Part shown: positions 17,945 to 27,906 of the stretch, piece by piece
How the letters are laid out: each line of letters opens with the position of its first letter
How positions within the stretch are numbered: the first letter of the stretch is position 1
Assembly: GCA_000437395.1 (NCBI GenBank)
Contig: FR898192.1
Coordinates: forward strand, 54,029-118,028
DNA length: 64,000 bases
Reading direction: 5' to 3'
DNA from: Clostridium sp. CAG:288
GTDB lineage: Bacteria; Bacillota_I; Bacilli_A; RFN20; CAG-288
Program-made: the position numbers and the translations under genes
Notes under the pieces: generated by a model
Database searches by the model: none
Told to the model about the DNA's origin: nothing
What the model saw: only the letters and a program-made list of their open reading frames with translations

Positions 17945-19441
17945 TTAGTTAACGTTATTTTTATTAGAAATAATGTTGATTTGATTTGTTTCCTTGTTAA
18001 AATTGAAATTAAAAGTTGCTGTTTTGCCAAATTTATTTTTGACTAAATCTAGTTCTAAAATAGAATCGATATATTTTGAGCCTTCATATTCATTGCCCAT
18101 ATCAAATGGCGTTGGTCTATAAAAAACGCTAAATAATGTATTAGTTGCTTTATGTTTATAGTTATCTATTCTACGGAGAAAATATGCTTGATCGATATAG
18201 CTTTCATTTATACCTAATTCTTTTAAATCTAAGAGATAAGGTTTTCCATTAGCTCTATAACTAACAGCACGACTTAATTGGCTTATAACTATAATTGATA
18301 TATCTAATTCAATCGCTAAATGCTTCAGCCTTAAAAGTATGTCGTTTCTATTTGCCTCTCTAGGGAAATCTTTATACTGACTATTAAGTTCTAATAGACT
18401 TAAATAATCGATTATTATCACTCCTAAATTTGGAAATGCTAATTTTAATTTTCTTGTTTTTTCCTCTATGCGTTCAATAGAGCAAAAATAATTATCATAA
18501 ATATATATTGGACAATTCGATATTATTTCTGAAGCTTTCGTTATTGATTCAATTTTTGAATCATCCCATTTAATTTTGTTGGTGTTTGAAAAAGAAGATA
18601 AGTGACTTAATTTTAAAAAAGGCATGTTGGTAATTTCTTCAGTTGAAATACCAGATACATTAGATAAAAGTCGGATCATTGAATTCTCACTACTTGCTTC
18701 CAATGAAAATATACCAACAGGTGTTCCTGATTTAGCAACATTTAAAGCTATTACTAAAGAAAGAATTGTTTTTCCAATATCTGGGCGTCCAGATATTAAT
18801 GATAAACAACCTTTTTGCAAACCGCCTATTTCGCTATCTAATTCGCTTAATCCAGTTTTAATTTTTCTAGAGTTATCTAACTTTTTTGACAAATTTTTAG
18901 CAACACAATTATTGTCACTTAGTTTTTCTATGAGAGAAGTAATAGCTTCGTTTGATGATTTAAATTCAATAGAAGTATCAAAGCTCATTTTTCTTTGTAT
19001 ATCTATGGCTATAGAATTTAAAAAAGTATATGAGCTAAATAATTTTTTATCTTTGTATTCTTTTGCAAGTTCTTTTATAGCAGGTAATATTTTATTTAAT
19101 GCACTTTGTTTTTTTATAAACTCAATATAGTCTATAAAATTAGCGTCTTTATTGTTATATAAATCAATGCACTCTTTTAAATAAATATTTAAATCGATAT
19201 CAGAAAATTCATTTTTTGAATTTAAATCAGCAGTTATTTTTTCTAAACTTAATGAAGCTTTATTTGCTAATTGATTTTTAATATAGACAAATATCTCTCT
19301 ATTTTTAATTGAAACAAAGTCATAAGGATTAAGAATGTTAAAAACATAAGGCAAAAAATCATTAGTAGATTTTTTGGCTTCTAAGTCATTTAAAATATCA
19401 CCAATAATTATTTTTTCGCTGTCAAGTTGATTCTCTTTCAT
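17945..19441 (-). CDS. second DnaB-family helicase paralog with degenerate C-terminal motifs
   Basis: Full DnaB architecture over 498 aa. Walker A SGRPDIGKT, SLEAS, Walker B IIIDYLSLL and SQLSR are present. DLRxSGxIEQDAD is replaced by DLKELGINESYIDQA. Confidence 0.75.
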   Translation of the reverse strand: MKENQLDSEKIIIGDILNDLEAKKSTNDFLPYVFNILNPYDFVSIKNREIFVYIKNQLANKASLSLEKITADLNSKNEFSDIDLNIYLKECIDLYNNKDANFIDYIEFIKKQSALNKILPAIKELAKEYKDKKLFSSYTFLNSIAIDIQRKMSFDTSIEFKSSNEAITSLIEKLSDNNCVAKNLSKKLDNSRKIKTGLSELDSEIGGLQKGCLSLISGRPDIGKTILSLVIALNVAKSGTPVGIFSLEASSENSMIRLLSNVSGISTEEITNMPFLKLSHLSSFSNTNKIKWDDSKIESITKASEIISNCPIYIYDNYFCSIERIEEKTRKLKLAFPNLGVIIIDYLSLLELNSQYKDFPREANRNDILLRLKHLAIELDISIIVISQLSRAVSYRANGKPYLLDLKELGINESYIDQAYFLRRIDNYKHKATNTLFSVFYRPTPFDMGNEYEGSKYIDSILELDLVKNKFGKTATFNFNFNKETNQINIISNKNNVN

Positions 19442-19539
19442 ATTATTACTCCTTTAAGATTAAGTTAATAATAATATTTAATTGAACTCGCTTTTATAGT
19501 TTAAAATAATTGTTTGTTTATAAAGACAAATTGATAAAT

Positions 19540-21537
19540 TTACTTGCTATTTGTTGTCTTTCTAGCATCTTGCAAGTATTCGTCTAATATGTGAATTAAT
19601 TTTTCATAAACTGATGTAATCGTTTCGTTTTGGAATTCACTAGCAGCAGCATTAAAGTGACCACCGCCATTTAACTTTTCCATCAAGAATTGACAGTTTA
19701 CTGTTCCGTCAGATCTGGCGGATATTCTAATTGATTTTTCGGAAGATCTTCCGATTACAAATGAAGCGTTGACGCCTCTGATTGAAACTGCTTCTCGTGC
19801 AGCGATAGCTAAAATAGTTCTATCGATAATATCTTCATCATCAGCAGTGCAAACTAATACTCCATAAAACGGCGTGCTTGCATTAGACATAATTCTATTA
19901 ATTAGAACGTATTCTTCATAATCTTGTTTTAAGAAGTCATCGGCAGCTTCGTTATTAGCACCGTGTTGTTTTAAAATTGTTGAAGCTTCATAAGTTCCAA
20001 TGTTTGTTTTATTTCTATAATAGTTTGTGTCTAACAAAATACCAGCTAACATCATAGTTGCTGCTTTATCGTTTAAAGCGATTGTTGATGGGTTAAATGC
20101 GATGTATTCAGCAATTAACTCTGAGGCGCTTGAAGCGCTTGAATCGATACCATTAATAAGAACAGAAGGGAAGAAGTTATCGGCTCTTCTATGGTGATCA
20201 ATAACGGCTAGCTTAGTTTTTTCGGTGATGATATTTTTATTCATTGCTTGAGAAGGGTTATTAAAGTCAACAGCAACGACTAAAGTATTTTCATTTATAT
20301 ATTCGTTAGCGGCTTTAAATCCTATAGTCATACTCTTAAATTCGTCTGTTGAATAAAGAGTCTTTAATGCACGGCGGGTTTTATTTTCGACAAGTTGGTC
20401 ATCATATATGATCTTACACTCTACTTTTGCAAAATCAGCTAATGCCTTTACGCCTAAAGCAGCACCAATTGCATCCATATCTGCATAAATGTGTCCCATT
20501 ACTAAAACGTTAGATGAATGTTGCATTAAAGTGATTAAAGATTGAGATAAAGTTCTAATCTTAACTTTGTTACGTGAAGCTTTCGACTCTGTTTTACCTC
20601 CGATGAAAATCATATTTTCACTAAATGGCGCTATTACAGATTGGTCACCGCCTCTAGAAAGAGCAACATCAATTGCGTTGCTAGCTAATTCACCTAATTT
20701 TGTATAGTCTGGGAATCCATATGCTATACCAACAGAGAGTGTGAATCCATCTTCTTCAAGATCACGTACCTTATCAACTATGGAAAAATTATCTTTTTGC
20801 ATTTCTTCGTAGTTTTCCATAGAACATATAAACATGTACATATCAGCTCTTAATCTTTTTGTTAAAGCTTTATACTTTTTTAAATATTCAGTAACTAATT
20901 TTCTAGAAGCTGATGTTAAATCGTTAAAACTTGTTTCTTTTTTGGCTGATGAAACATCTTGGAAGTTATCAAACAATATATATCCAACAACAGGAGCTTG
21001 ATTTTTTGAATAGTTAAAAATAGATTCATAGTCGGTGATATCTTTAAAAATATAAAGGTTAGCGGATTCGATAAATTTAACTTCATAATTGTGCTTTTTA
21101 TAGATGATTTTTACTATTTCTTCTTCGTAGTCGCTACTTGAAAGTTTAAGCAAATCTGAACTAATTTCATCTATTTTGCAATCGACTACATCAAAATCCA
21201 TGTCTGTTAAAAATTCGTTGATCCAAATGACATTTTTATTTCCATCTGTTACTGCTAAACCAATTTTACCAAAGTTATATGCTTCTTGAATATCTGTACC
21301 AATAACGTCGGCTGATTTAAGCTCAGTTCTTAATTTTAAGTTTTCAATAGTTCTTGATGAGAACCAGTAAAATATTGTGTTAAAACATATTATTGCTAAG
21401 CATAAACCGATTGCAATTAAAAAGTAATAATCTAATTCAAATAATGCTGATGCAACAAAAAGGCCAGAGACTATTAATATTTCAAATATAAATAAAATAA
21501 TCGATTTTATTCTTTGCTTGTGAAGTAGTGTATTCAT
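19540..21537 (-). CDS. gdpP: cyclic-di-AMP phosphodiesterase GdpP (YybT)
   Basis: Two N-terminal TM segments, a central PAS/degenerate GGDEF-like region, a DHH domain (VIDHHRR) and DHHA1 (GGGHFNAAA). Position upstream of rplI fits. Confidence 0.85.
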   Translation of the reverse strand: MNTLLHKQRIKSIILFIFEILIVSGLFVASALFELDYYFLIAIGLCLAIICFNTIFYWFSSRTIENLKLRTELKSADVIGTDIQEAYNFGKIGLAVTDGNKNVIWINEFLTDMDFDVVDCKIDEISSDLLKLSSSDYEEEIVKIIYKKHNYEVKFIESANLYIFKDITDYESIFNYSKNQAPVVGYILFDNFQDVSSAKKETSFNDLTSASRKLVTEYLKKYKALTKRLRADMYMFICSMENYEEMQKDNFSIVDKVRDLEEDGFTLSVGIAYGFPDYTKLGELASNAIDVALSRGGDQSVIAPFSENMIFIGGKTESKASRNKVKIRTLSQSLITLMQHSSNVLVMGHIYADMDAIGAALGVKALADFAKVECKIIYDDQLVENKTRRALKTLYSTDEFKSMTIGFKAANEYINENTLVVAVDFNNPSQAMNKNIITEKTKLAVIDHHRRADNFFPSVLINGIDSSASSASELIAEYIAFNPSTIALNDKAATMMLAGILLDTNYYRNKTNIGTYEASTILKQHGANNEAADDFLKQDYEEYVLINRIMSNASTPFYGVLVCTADDEDIIDRTILAIAAREAVSIRGVNASFVIGRSSEKSIRISARSDGTVNCQFLMEKLNGGGHFNAAASEFQNETITSVYEKLIHILDEYLQDARKTTNSK

Positions 21538-21902
21538 AAGTACCTCCGAGCCTTTTTTATAAAAAGGCTACTATTAATTATACTATATTAATAGTTTTTC
21601 TACTATCTATAAGTATTTTAAATAAATATTTTGTTTACGTAAATTATAAGTAGCATTAATTATATTATACAACTTATTCTATAAATCAAAAATGTTTATA
21701 GCATTTATGTTGAAGATATCAATAATTTATAAATATTTATTGCTAAATTATATCGAATTACTTAAAAATAAAGTTTAGAGTAATATTTCTTTTATTAGCT
21801 AACATCTGCATAAGCAAAATATCTTATAATGAAAAAAATAATGCTAGACTTTTTTATTTTGTTATAGTAAAATTACGAATGCGCCATAGCAACAAAAAAT
21901 GG

Positions 21903-21931
21903 TTGACATATGTACTTGTCATCCGTATAAT
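21903..21931 (+). promoter_or_regulatory. sigma-A type promoter of rpmF
   Basis: TTGACA (21903-21908), N17, TATAAT (21926-21931). Confidence 0.65.
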
Positions 21932-21974
21932 AGCATTGTTATGCAGAATTTATGCAGAAAGCGAGGTGTGGGAT

Positions 21975-22163
21975 ATGGCAGTTCCAGCCAGACGTACTTC
22001 TAAAACACGTAAAAGACTTAGAAGAACACATTTTAAACTCAGTGCAAAAGGATTAGTTAGCTGCAGCAACTGCGGAGCGATGATTCAATCACACCGCGTT
22101 TGCCCAGAATGTGGCTACTATAACGGTAAGAAAGTCATTGACGTTAAATCTTCCGCTAAGTAA
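21975..22163 (+). CDS. rpmF: 50S ribosomal protein L32
   Basis: [19 protein letters not shown] plus a CxxC...CxxC zinc ribbon. The ORF-track start at 21879 is an upstream in-frame Met. GAGGTG precedes ATG 21975. Confidence 0.9.
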   Translation: MAVPARRTSKTRKRLRRTHFKLSAKGLVSCSNCGAMIQSHRVCPECGYYNGKKVIDVKSSAK

Positions 22164-22180
22164 CTTAGTTTAGAAAATTT

Positions 22181-22207
22181 GCTCCCGTGTATTTGGGGGC
22201 TTTTTTA
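22181..22207 (+). terminator. intrinsic terminator after rpmF
   Basis: GCTCCC-N8-GGGGGC followed by T6. Confidence 0.75.
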
Positions 22208-22272
22208 TTTGTTAAAACATGCTAAAATATCTAGGATATAAGCATAGCTTATAACTTTAATATGGAGAATTT

Positions 22273-23253
22273 ATGGGAAAAATTGAAAAAATTAAGAAAG
22301 ATTCAAAAAATTATTTATTGGATCACCCTCATCAAAAGTTCATAGTCGATTATTTATGGGCTTTTGTTGTTACACTTATTTCCGCTTTTGCTTTTGCTTA
22401 TGGCTTTAGAGCATTCGTTGCTCCAGCTGTAGCTGAACACTTAGTTTCAGGCGGTGCTTCAGGTTTAACTCAAGTTATTGTAAGAATAATTGAAAGAATA
22501 GCTGGTGGCTTAACTCCTGAGATGTTTAATACATTAGATTCAATAATTTTCTTTTTAGTCAATGTACCTTTGTTCTTCTTAGCTTGGTTTAAAATAGGTA
22601 AAAGATTTACTGTTACAACATTTGTCAATGTTTTATGCGTTTCAATTTTTATTAAAATTCTTCCAAACGAAATGGTAACAGTTTTCAAAATATATGATGA
22701 TACAATTGCTAGAGCTTTATTTGCTGGCCTATTGACAGGTATTTCAAGTTCATTAGCATTTATGATAGGTAGTTCAGCTGGTGGCGTTGATGTTATTTCA
22801 CTTTATATGGCTGAAAGAAAATCTACATCTATTGGTAAATATGCTCTCAGTCTTAACGCTATGATTGTTATTAGTTATGTATTGTTATCTGTTGGCTTAG
22901 ATTCATTTGACAGTACGATTAATATGGCTCTATATACTTTGATTTATTTCTTTACAAGTTCTAAAGTTATAGACGTTCTCAATCAAAAAAATAAGAAGAC
23001 ACAATTGCAAATTATTACTACAGATGAAAATATGGCACAGATACTTATTCACACATTACCACATGGATGTACAATAGTTGATGCTAAGGGTGCTTATAGC
23101 GACCAACACAAATATATTTTATATTTAGTAGTTTCATATAACGAAATTCATAAAGCTATAAAAATTATGAGAGAAATTGATCCTGCTTGTTTTGTTACAG
23201 TTATTAACACATATCAAGTTTATGGAAAATTCTATATCAAACCAATTAAGTAA
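22273..23253 (+). CDS. YitT-family membrane protein (DUF2179 C-terminal domain)
   Basis: Five or six TM segments followed by a soluble C-terminal domain (ITTDENMAQILIHTLPHGCTIVDAKGAYS) typical of the YitT family. Confidence 0.75.
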   Translation: MGKIEKIKKDSKNYLLDHPHQKFIVDYLWAFVVTLISAFAFAYGFRAFVAPAVAEHLVSGGASGLTQVIVRIIERIAGGLTPEMFNTLDSIIFFLVNVPLFFLAWFKIGKRFTVTTFVNVLCVSIFIKILPNEMVTVFKIYDDTIARALFAGLLTGISSSLAFMIGSSAGGVDVISLYMAERKSTSIGKYALSLNAMIVISYVLLSVGLDSFDSTINMALYTLIYFFTSSKVIDVLNQKNKKTQLQIITTDENMAQILIHTLPHGCTIVDAKGAYSDQHKYILYLVVSYNEIHKAIKIMREIDPACFVTVINTYQVYGKFYIKPIK

Positions 23254-23268
23254 AAGGAGATAAATAAA

Positions 23269-24933
23269 ATGAGTACTTATGAAGATTTAGCTGAATTAAT
23301 TTTCCCAGATGTAAAGGAAACAGTCGAAGATTTAGAAAAAAGATATCCACCAAGAAATTTACCTGAAGGTGCTATGGTAACAAGATTTGCCCCTTCTCCA
23401 ACAGGCTTTTTACACACTGGATCTTTATTTACAGCATTAGTCGCTTATACCGTTGCAAAACAATCAAAAGGCGTGTATTTCTTTAGACTCGAAGATACAG
23501 ATCAAAAGAGAGAAATTTCTGGTTCTGGAAGTGAATTAGTTGATCAATTAGCTTATTTTGGAGTAATTCAAGATGAAGGCTATTTTGGAAACGAAGAAAA
23601 AGGAAGTTATGGTCCTTATGTCCAATCGAAAAGAGCTGACATTTATAAAATTGTCATTAAAGAATTGATGAAGCGTGGAAGAGCTTACCCATGTTTTTGC
23701 ACACCAGAAGATTTAAACTTATTAAGACAAACTCAAGAAGCTAATAAAATTACTCCTGGATACTATGGCCCATATGCAAAATGTAGAAACTATAGCATCG
23801 ATGAAGCAATTGAAATGATTAAGGCAGGAAAACCTTATGTTATAAGATTTAAATCGATGGGAAATCACACAAACTATATTAAAGTTCACGATTTAATCAG
23901 AGGAAATTTAAATCTATCTGAAAATGATCAAGATATTGTTATTTTAAAGAGTGACGGATTACCAACATACCACTTTGCACACTTAGTTGATGATCACTTT
24001 ATGAGAACAAACTGTGTTACTAGAGGTGAAGAATGGCTTTCAAGCTTACCAATCCATCTAGAATTATTTGCTTCTATGGGATGGGAAGCTCCTCAATATG
24101 CACACTTACCAGTTATCATGAAATTAGATAATGGTAATAGACGTAAATTATCTAAGAGAAAAGATAACGAAGCAGCAGTATCTTTCTTCTTACAAGAAGG
24201 ATATCCAAAAGAAGGTATTATTAAGTACTTATTAACAATTGCTAACTCTAACTTTGAAGAGTGGTTATTAGCAAATCCTACAGCTGATGTTTCTACCTTC
24301 AACTTTACATTCCAAAAAATGAGTCTTGATGGCGCTTTATTTGATTTACCAAAGCTTTTAAATATATCTAAGGATGTCATTGCATATTACGATGCCGCTA
24401 AGGTAGTTTCAGAAGCAACTGAATATGCTAAAAAATATAGTCCTGAATTGTTGTCATTTATTCAAAAAGATGAAAATAGATTCTATAAGATTATGAATAT
24501 TGAAAGAAATCAAGATCATCCACGCAAAGACTATGAAAAGTATTCCGATATATATGGAAAAGTTAAGTTCTTTGATGCTGATATTTATAATGAAATGTTG
24601 AATTCAACTGAATTACCATTTAATGCATTTATTGATAAAAATGTTATTAAAGAAACATTGTCAGACTTTGCTGATACTTTAGACTTAACTGCTGACGAAA
24701 GTACTTGGTTTTCAAACTTAAAAGCTTTAGGCGTAAAACATGGCTTTGCAGAATCATTTAAGATTTATAAGAAAGAAAAAGAAAACTATTTAGGACACGT
24801 AGGCGATGTCGCTGAAATGGTCCGTATTGCTATGACAACAAGCAAGAATTCTCCAAATCTTTATCAAGTATTGTCAATTCTTGGTATTGAAGAAGTTAGA
24901 CGTAGAATTAATTTAACAATTAGTAAATTTTAA
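23269..24933 (+). CDS. gltX: glutamate--tRNA ligase (long form)
   Basis: Class I signature FAPSPTGFLHTGS (HIGH region variant HTGS) and KLSKRK (KMSKS). The 554 aa length includes a C-terminal extension relative to typical GluRS. Confidence 0.8.
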   Translation: MSTYEDLAELIFPDVKETVEDLEKRYPPRNLPEGAMVTRFAPSPTGFLHTGSLFTALVAYTVAKQSKGVYFFRLEDTDQKREISGSGSELVDQLAYFGVIQDEGYFGNEEKGSYGPYVQSKRADIYKIVIKELMKRGRAYPCFCTPEDLNLLRQTQEANKITPGYYGPYAKCRNYSIDEAIEMIKAGKPYVIRFKSMGNHTNYIKVHDLIRGNLNLSENDQDIVILKSDGLPTYHFAHLVDDHFMRTNCVTRGEEWLSSLPIHLELFASMGWEAPQYAHLPVIMKLDNGNRRKLSKRKDNEAAVSFFLQEGYPKEGIIKYLLTIANSNFEEWLLANPTADVSTFNFTFQKMSLDGALFDLPKLLNISKDVIAYYDAAKVVSEATEYAKKYSPELLSFIQKDENRFYKIMNIERNQDHPRKDYEKYSDIYGKVKFFDADIYNEMLNSTELPFNAFIDKNVIKETLSDFADTLDLTADESTWFSNLKALGVKHGFAESFKIYKKEKENYLGHVGDVAEMVRIAMTTSKNSPNLYQVLSILGIEEVRRRINLTISKF

Positions 24934-24991
24934 AGGAAAAAGACATTTATTGTTACATATATAAAATAGGAAACAAAAAGTACGAATTACT

Positions 24992-25090
24992 TTGACTTTG
25001 ACTCTATTTTGTAGTAACATAACGAATGGTTTAGTGAAGAAAACCATTACTTCTTGCCATCACTAGACTGATGGCCATTAGTCCAAAAGG
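24992..25090 (+). promoter_or_regulatory. rpsF promoter and structured leader (candidate S6:S18 autoregulatory leader)
   Basis: TTGACT (24992-24997), N17, TAACAT (25015-25020). Two hairpins follow: AATGGTTT/AAACCATT (25025-25048) and GCCATCA/TGATGGC (25056-25075), just before the SD GGAGGTG. Confidence 0.45.
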
Positions 25091-25100
25091 AGGTGTTCAC

Positions 25101-25388
25101 ATGAAAAAATACGAAATCATGTACATCCTTAAGCCAGAACTCGATGCAGATCAAATCAAAGCTGCTAACGCCAATCTTCAAAAGATTCTTGAATCCAATG
25201 GCGCTAAAATCGAAGATGTAAATGAGTGGGGTCTCCGTGATCTTGCTTACGAAATCAAAAAAGAGCGTAAGGGTTACTATGTCGTCATGAAGCTCAGTAC
25301 TTCGGATACAAAAGCTATCGATGAATTCAATCGTTTAACTCGTATCGACGTCAATGTTCTTCGTTACTTAATCACAGTTTCTGAATAA
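25101..25388 (+). CDS. rpsF: 30S ribosomal protein S6
   Basis: MKKYEIMYILKP matches the S6 N-terminus. GGAGGTG lies upstream of ATG 25101. The ORF-track start at 25071 is upstream and in frame. Confidence 0.92.
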   Translation: MKKYEIMYILKPELDADQIKAANANLQKILESNGAKIEDVNEWGLRDLAYEIKKERKGYYVVMKLSTSDTKAIDEFNRLTRIDVNVLRYLITVSE

Positions 25389-25410
25389 GTAAGAAAAGGA
25401 GAATGATAAA

Positions 25411-25839
25411 ATGTTAAATCGTGTCGTTATTGTGGGTCGCTTAGTTAGAGATCCAGAATTAAGAAAAACTGCTAGTGATAGATCAGTCGTCGCCTTCACA
25501 GTCGCACTAGATAATCGCACTACAAATAATGGTGAAAAATCAACAAGTTACATTCCATGCACAGCTTGGAATAGCACAGCTGAAAGTATCGCTAAATTTA
25601 TGAAGAAGGGAAGCCTTGTTGGTGTCGATGGACACCTTAATCAAAGAAGCTATACAGCTAATGATGGACGTAAGGTTTCGGTAGTTGAAGTTATCGCTGA
25701 TTCTGTTCAATTCTTAGAAAAGAAAAATGATTCTTCGGTTAATTCTTCAACAACCAGTAATAACGATTATAACCGTCAAATGCCTGAAGACGAACCAGTT
25801 GAAGGTATCGATGCTTCTGATGATGATCTTCCTTTCTAG
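25411..25839 (+). CDS. ssb: single-stranded DNA-binding protein
   Basis: [20 protein letters not shown]-fold N-terminus and acidic C-terminal tip DDDLPF. Confidence 0.92.
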   Translation: MLNRVVIVGRLVRDPELRKTASDRSVVAFTVALDNRTTNNGEKSTSYIPCTAWNSTAESIAKFMKKGSLVGVDGHLNQRSYTANDGRKVSVVEVIADSVQFLEKKNDSSVNSSTTSNNDYNRQMPEDEPVEGIDASDDDLPF

Positions 25840-25856
25840 AAAGGAAAGTAATCAAT

Positions 25857-26081
25857 ATGTTTAAAAGACCAAAGCCAAGAAAAAAGGTCTGTTATTTTAC
25901 AAAGAATAAGATTAAGACAATCGATTATAAAGATGTTGAACTCTTAAAGAGATTTATCTCTCCATCTGGTAAAATCACATCCAGAAGAGCTACAGGTACA
26001 TCTGCTAAATATCAACGTATGTTAGCAGTTGCTATCAAGAGAGCAAGATATATGGCTTTATTACCATATATTGCTGACTAA
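25857..26081 (+). CDS. rpsR: 30S ribosomal protein S18
   Basis: 74 aa. KVCYFT...[21 protein letters not shown] matches the S18 pattern. Confidence 0.92.
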   Translation: MFKRPKPRKKVCYFTKNKIKTIDYKDVELLKRFISPSGKITSRRATGTSAKYQRMLAVAIKRARYMALLPYIAD

Positions 26082-26100
26082 TTAATTGGTAATATATTAA

Positions 26101-26127
26101 CTCTCACATTCAAATGTGGGAGTTTTT
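26101..26127 (+). terminator. intrinsic terminator after rpsR
   Basis: CTCTCACAT-TCAA-ATGTGGGAG followed by T5. Confidence 0.8.
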
Positions 26128-26207
26128 ATTTGCTCAAAAATAGAAAACTTTAAAATTTATATGGAAGTATTTTTAGTTATTTCTATATAATAAATGTGGA
26201 TATAAAA

Positions 26208-27146
26208 ATGAGAACTTCAGATTTGACTAGAAAAATAACTGAAGCAGCAATTTTTGTTGCAATCGGTGTTGTTATGTTATTCGCTTTACGTTTGTTAGAA
26301 CTAGGTAGTAGTTCTTTCTTTTTGATTGCTACTTTACTAGCAATATATACATATAAAAATGGTATTGAATATGCATCCATACCTGGGATTTCTTTGGCCG
26401 CTATTTCGTTTGCAATTATTTCTCCATGGGATGTTTTATTTTATTCATTACCACCTATAATTTCAGGCATCGTTTATGGATATATGTTAAAAAAGAATAT
26501 TAACAAATATTTAAGATTAACCCTTTTGGTAATTATTTCATTAATATTTGATATTTTAGGTACTTTTGTTACTGCTTATATTTATGACATAAATATATTT
26601 ACAGATTATCTTAATTTGGTTGATGAAATATCTAAATTGTTCAACATTTCTGAATCTAATACTTTAATGAATACATTAAAGTGTGTTGTTATTGGTTTAA
26701 TACCTTCAACATTTTTACTAACTGCTATACTTAATTGCTTCCTTGTCATTTTGTTATGTGAAGAAATTTTAGCTAGACTTAAATTGAAAAATAGAGAAAT
26801 TATTTTATTTAAAATGAATATAACAAAGGTCTGGGCAATATTATATCTGATAGCGTTTATTGCTGTTTTAATATATTCCAACTTTGTAGATTATTCAAAT
26901 TCACTAAGTTTAGTTTTTTATTCAATAGTTCTTACATTATTTATTATTTTAGCATTTATAATGTGTTATCAAGTTTTACTTATATCTTCAATATATTGCA
27001 ATATGCAAAATAAAAAGTGGCTATATTTCATAATTGCTATAGCCACATTACTATTTTTCCCATTAGCCGCTATTTTAGGAACAGTATTTACTTTTAAAAA
27101 TACATATAAAACTTTAGTAAATAATATTGAAAATTATAATAATTAA
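26208..27146 (+). CDS. polytopic membrane protein, function unknown
   Basis: About 312 aa from ATG 26208 (the ORF track starts at GTG 26196), with 8 or more hydrophobic segments and no motif I recognise. Confidence 0.65.
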   Translation: MRTSDLTRKITEAAIFVAIGVVMLFALRLLELGSSSFFLIATLLAIYTYKNGIEYASIPGISLAAISFAIISPWDVLFYSLPPIISGIVYGYMLKKNINKYLRLTLLVIISLIFDILGTFVTAYIYDINIFTDYLNLVDEISKLFNISESNTLMNTLKCVVIGLIPSTFLLTAILNCFLVILLCEEILARLKLKNREIILFKMNITKVWAILYLIAFIAVLIYSNFVDYSNSLSLVFYSIVLTLFIILAFIMCYQVLLISSIYCNMQNKKWLYFIIAIATLLFFPLAAILGTVFTFKNTYKTLVNNIENYNN

Positions 27147-27832
27147 ATTTCTTTTAATTGCTTTCCATATAAATCAATTGGATTTAAGCATATATCGTTT
27201 TTAATTACTTCGAAATGCAAGCTATTAGAACAGTCTCCATTTATACTTGAACTTCCTGATGTTCCTATTTTTTCACCAGACTTTACTTCTTGTCCAACTT
27301 TCACGTTAATTTCACCTAAAGAGGCATATAGAGTTGTTAAATCAGTTCCAACATGTTGAATTTCAACGATGTTTCCAAACGTCTTATCATTTGGAGTTAT
27401 TGATTTAACCACCCCATCAGCTACTGCATAGACATTGAATTTGATATCAGATTTCGTATAGTAATCTACCCCTTTACTTGAATGGTAGACACCATCTTCG
27501 ATATACATAGCGTTTTGTAATATATTATCTTCTTTAGACGGATCAAAAAAGTATCTTTTGATCTCTACTTTCTCTTCAGTAAAAGGCTTTTTTAATGTTG
27601 AATCAAGTATTGAAACTACAGGCTCGGCAGTACTAGATGGTTGAGTTATTGAACTTGATATGCTCGTCGTACTTGAGACAGGAGTTACAATGACATCATC
27701 TTTAGGTTTTCTATTTAACAAAATTCCTATTGTTGTTACTGATCCTAAAAAAAGCAAAGAGCACGCAATTACTATAATACTTGATTTTACTTCTGGGCTT
27801 AATTTATTTTTCTTTTCATATTTATCTTTCAT
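27143..27832 (-). CDS. membrane-anchored LytM/M23-domain protein, SpoIIQ-like (degenerate metal site)
   Basis: The start is probably ATG 27832 (MKDKYEKK), downstream of TGAGGT. One N-terminal TM segment and an S/T-rich linker precede an M23 fold. HxxxD reads SKGVD, and HxH reads SLH in NSLHFEV. Confidence 0.6.
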   Translation of the reverse strand: MKDKYEKKNKLSPEVKSSIIVIACSLLFLGSVTTIGILLNRKPKDDVIVTPVSSTTSISSSITQPSSTAEPVVSILDSTLKKPFTEEKVEIKRYFFDPSKEDNILQNAMYIEDGVYHSSKGVDYYTKSDIKFNVYAVADGVVKSITPNDKTFGNIVEIQHVGTDLTTLYASLGEINVKVGQEVKSGEKIGTSGSSSINGDCSNSLHFEVIKNDICLNPIDLYGKQLKEI

Positions 27833-27906
27833 ATTTTTAACCTCAATTAAAGTTTGTTCATAATATCGTACTTTATACATTTAAATTTTTAGCGTATAAT
27901 AATGGC

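Noticed and set aside
15887-19130. Numerous 60-170 aa plus-strand ORFs in the track inside dnaB and the dnaB-like gene, and similar antisense ORFs inside other genes
   Set aside because: They are shadow ORFs on the strand opposite well-supported genes, without SD sequences or recognisable motifs.
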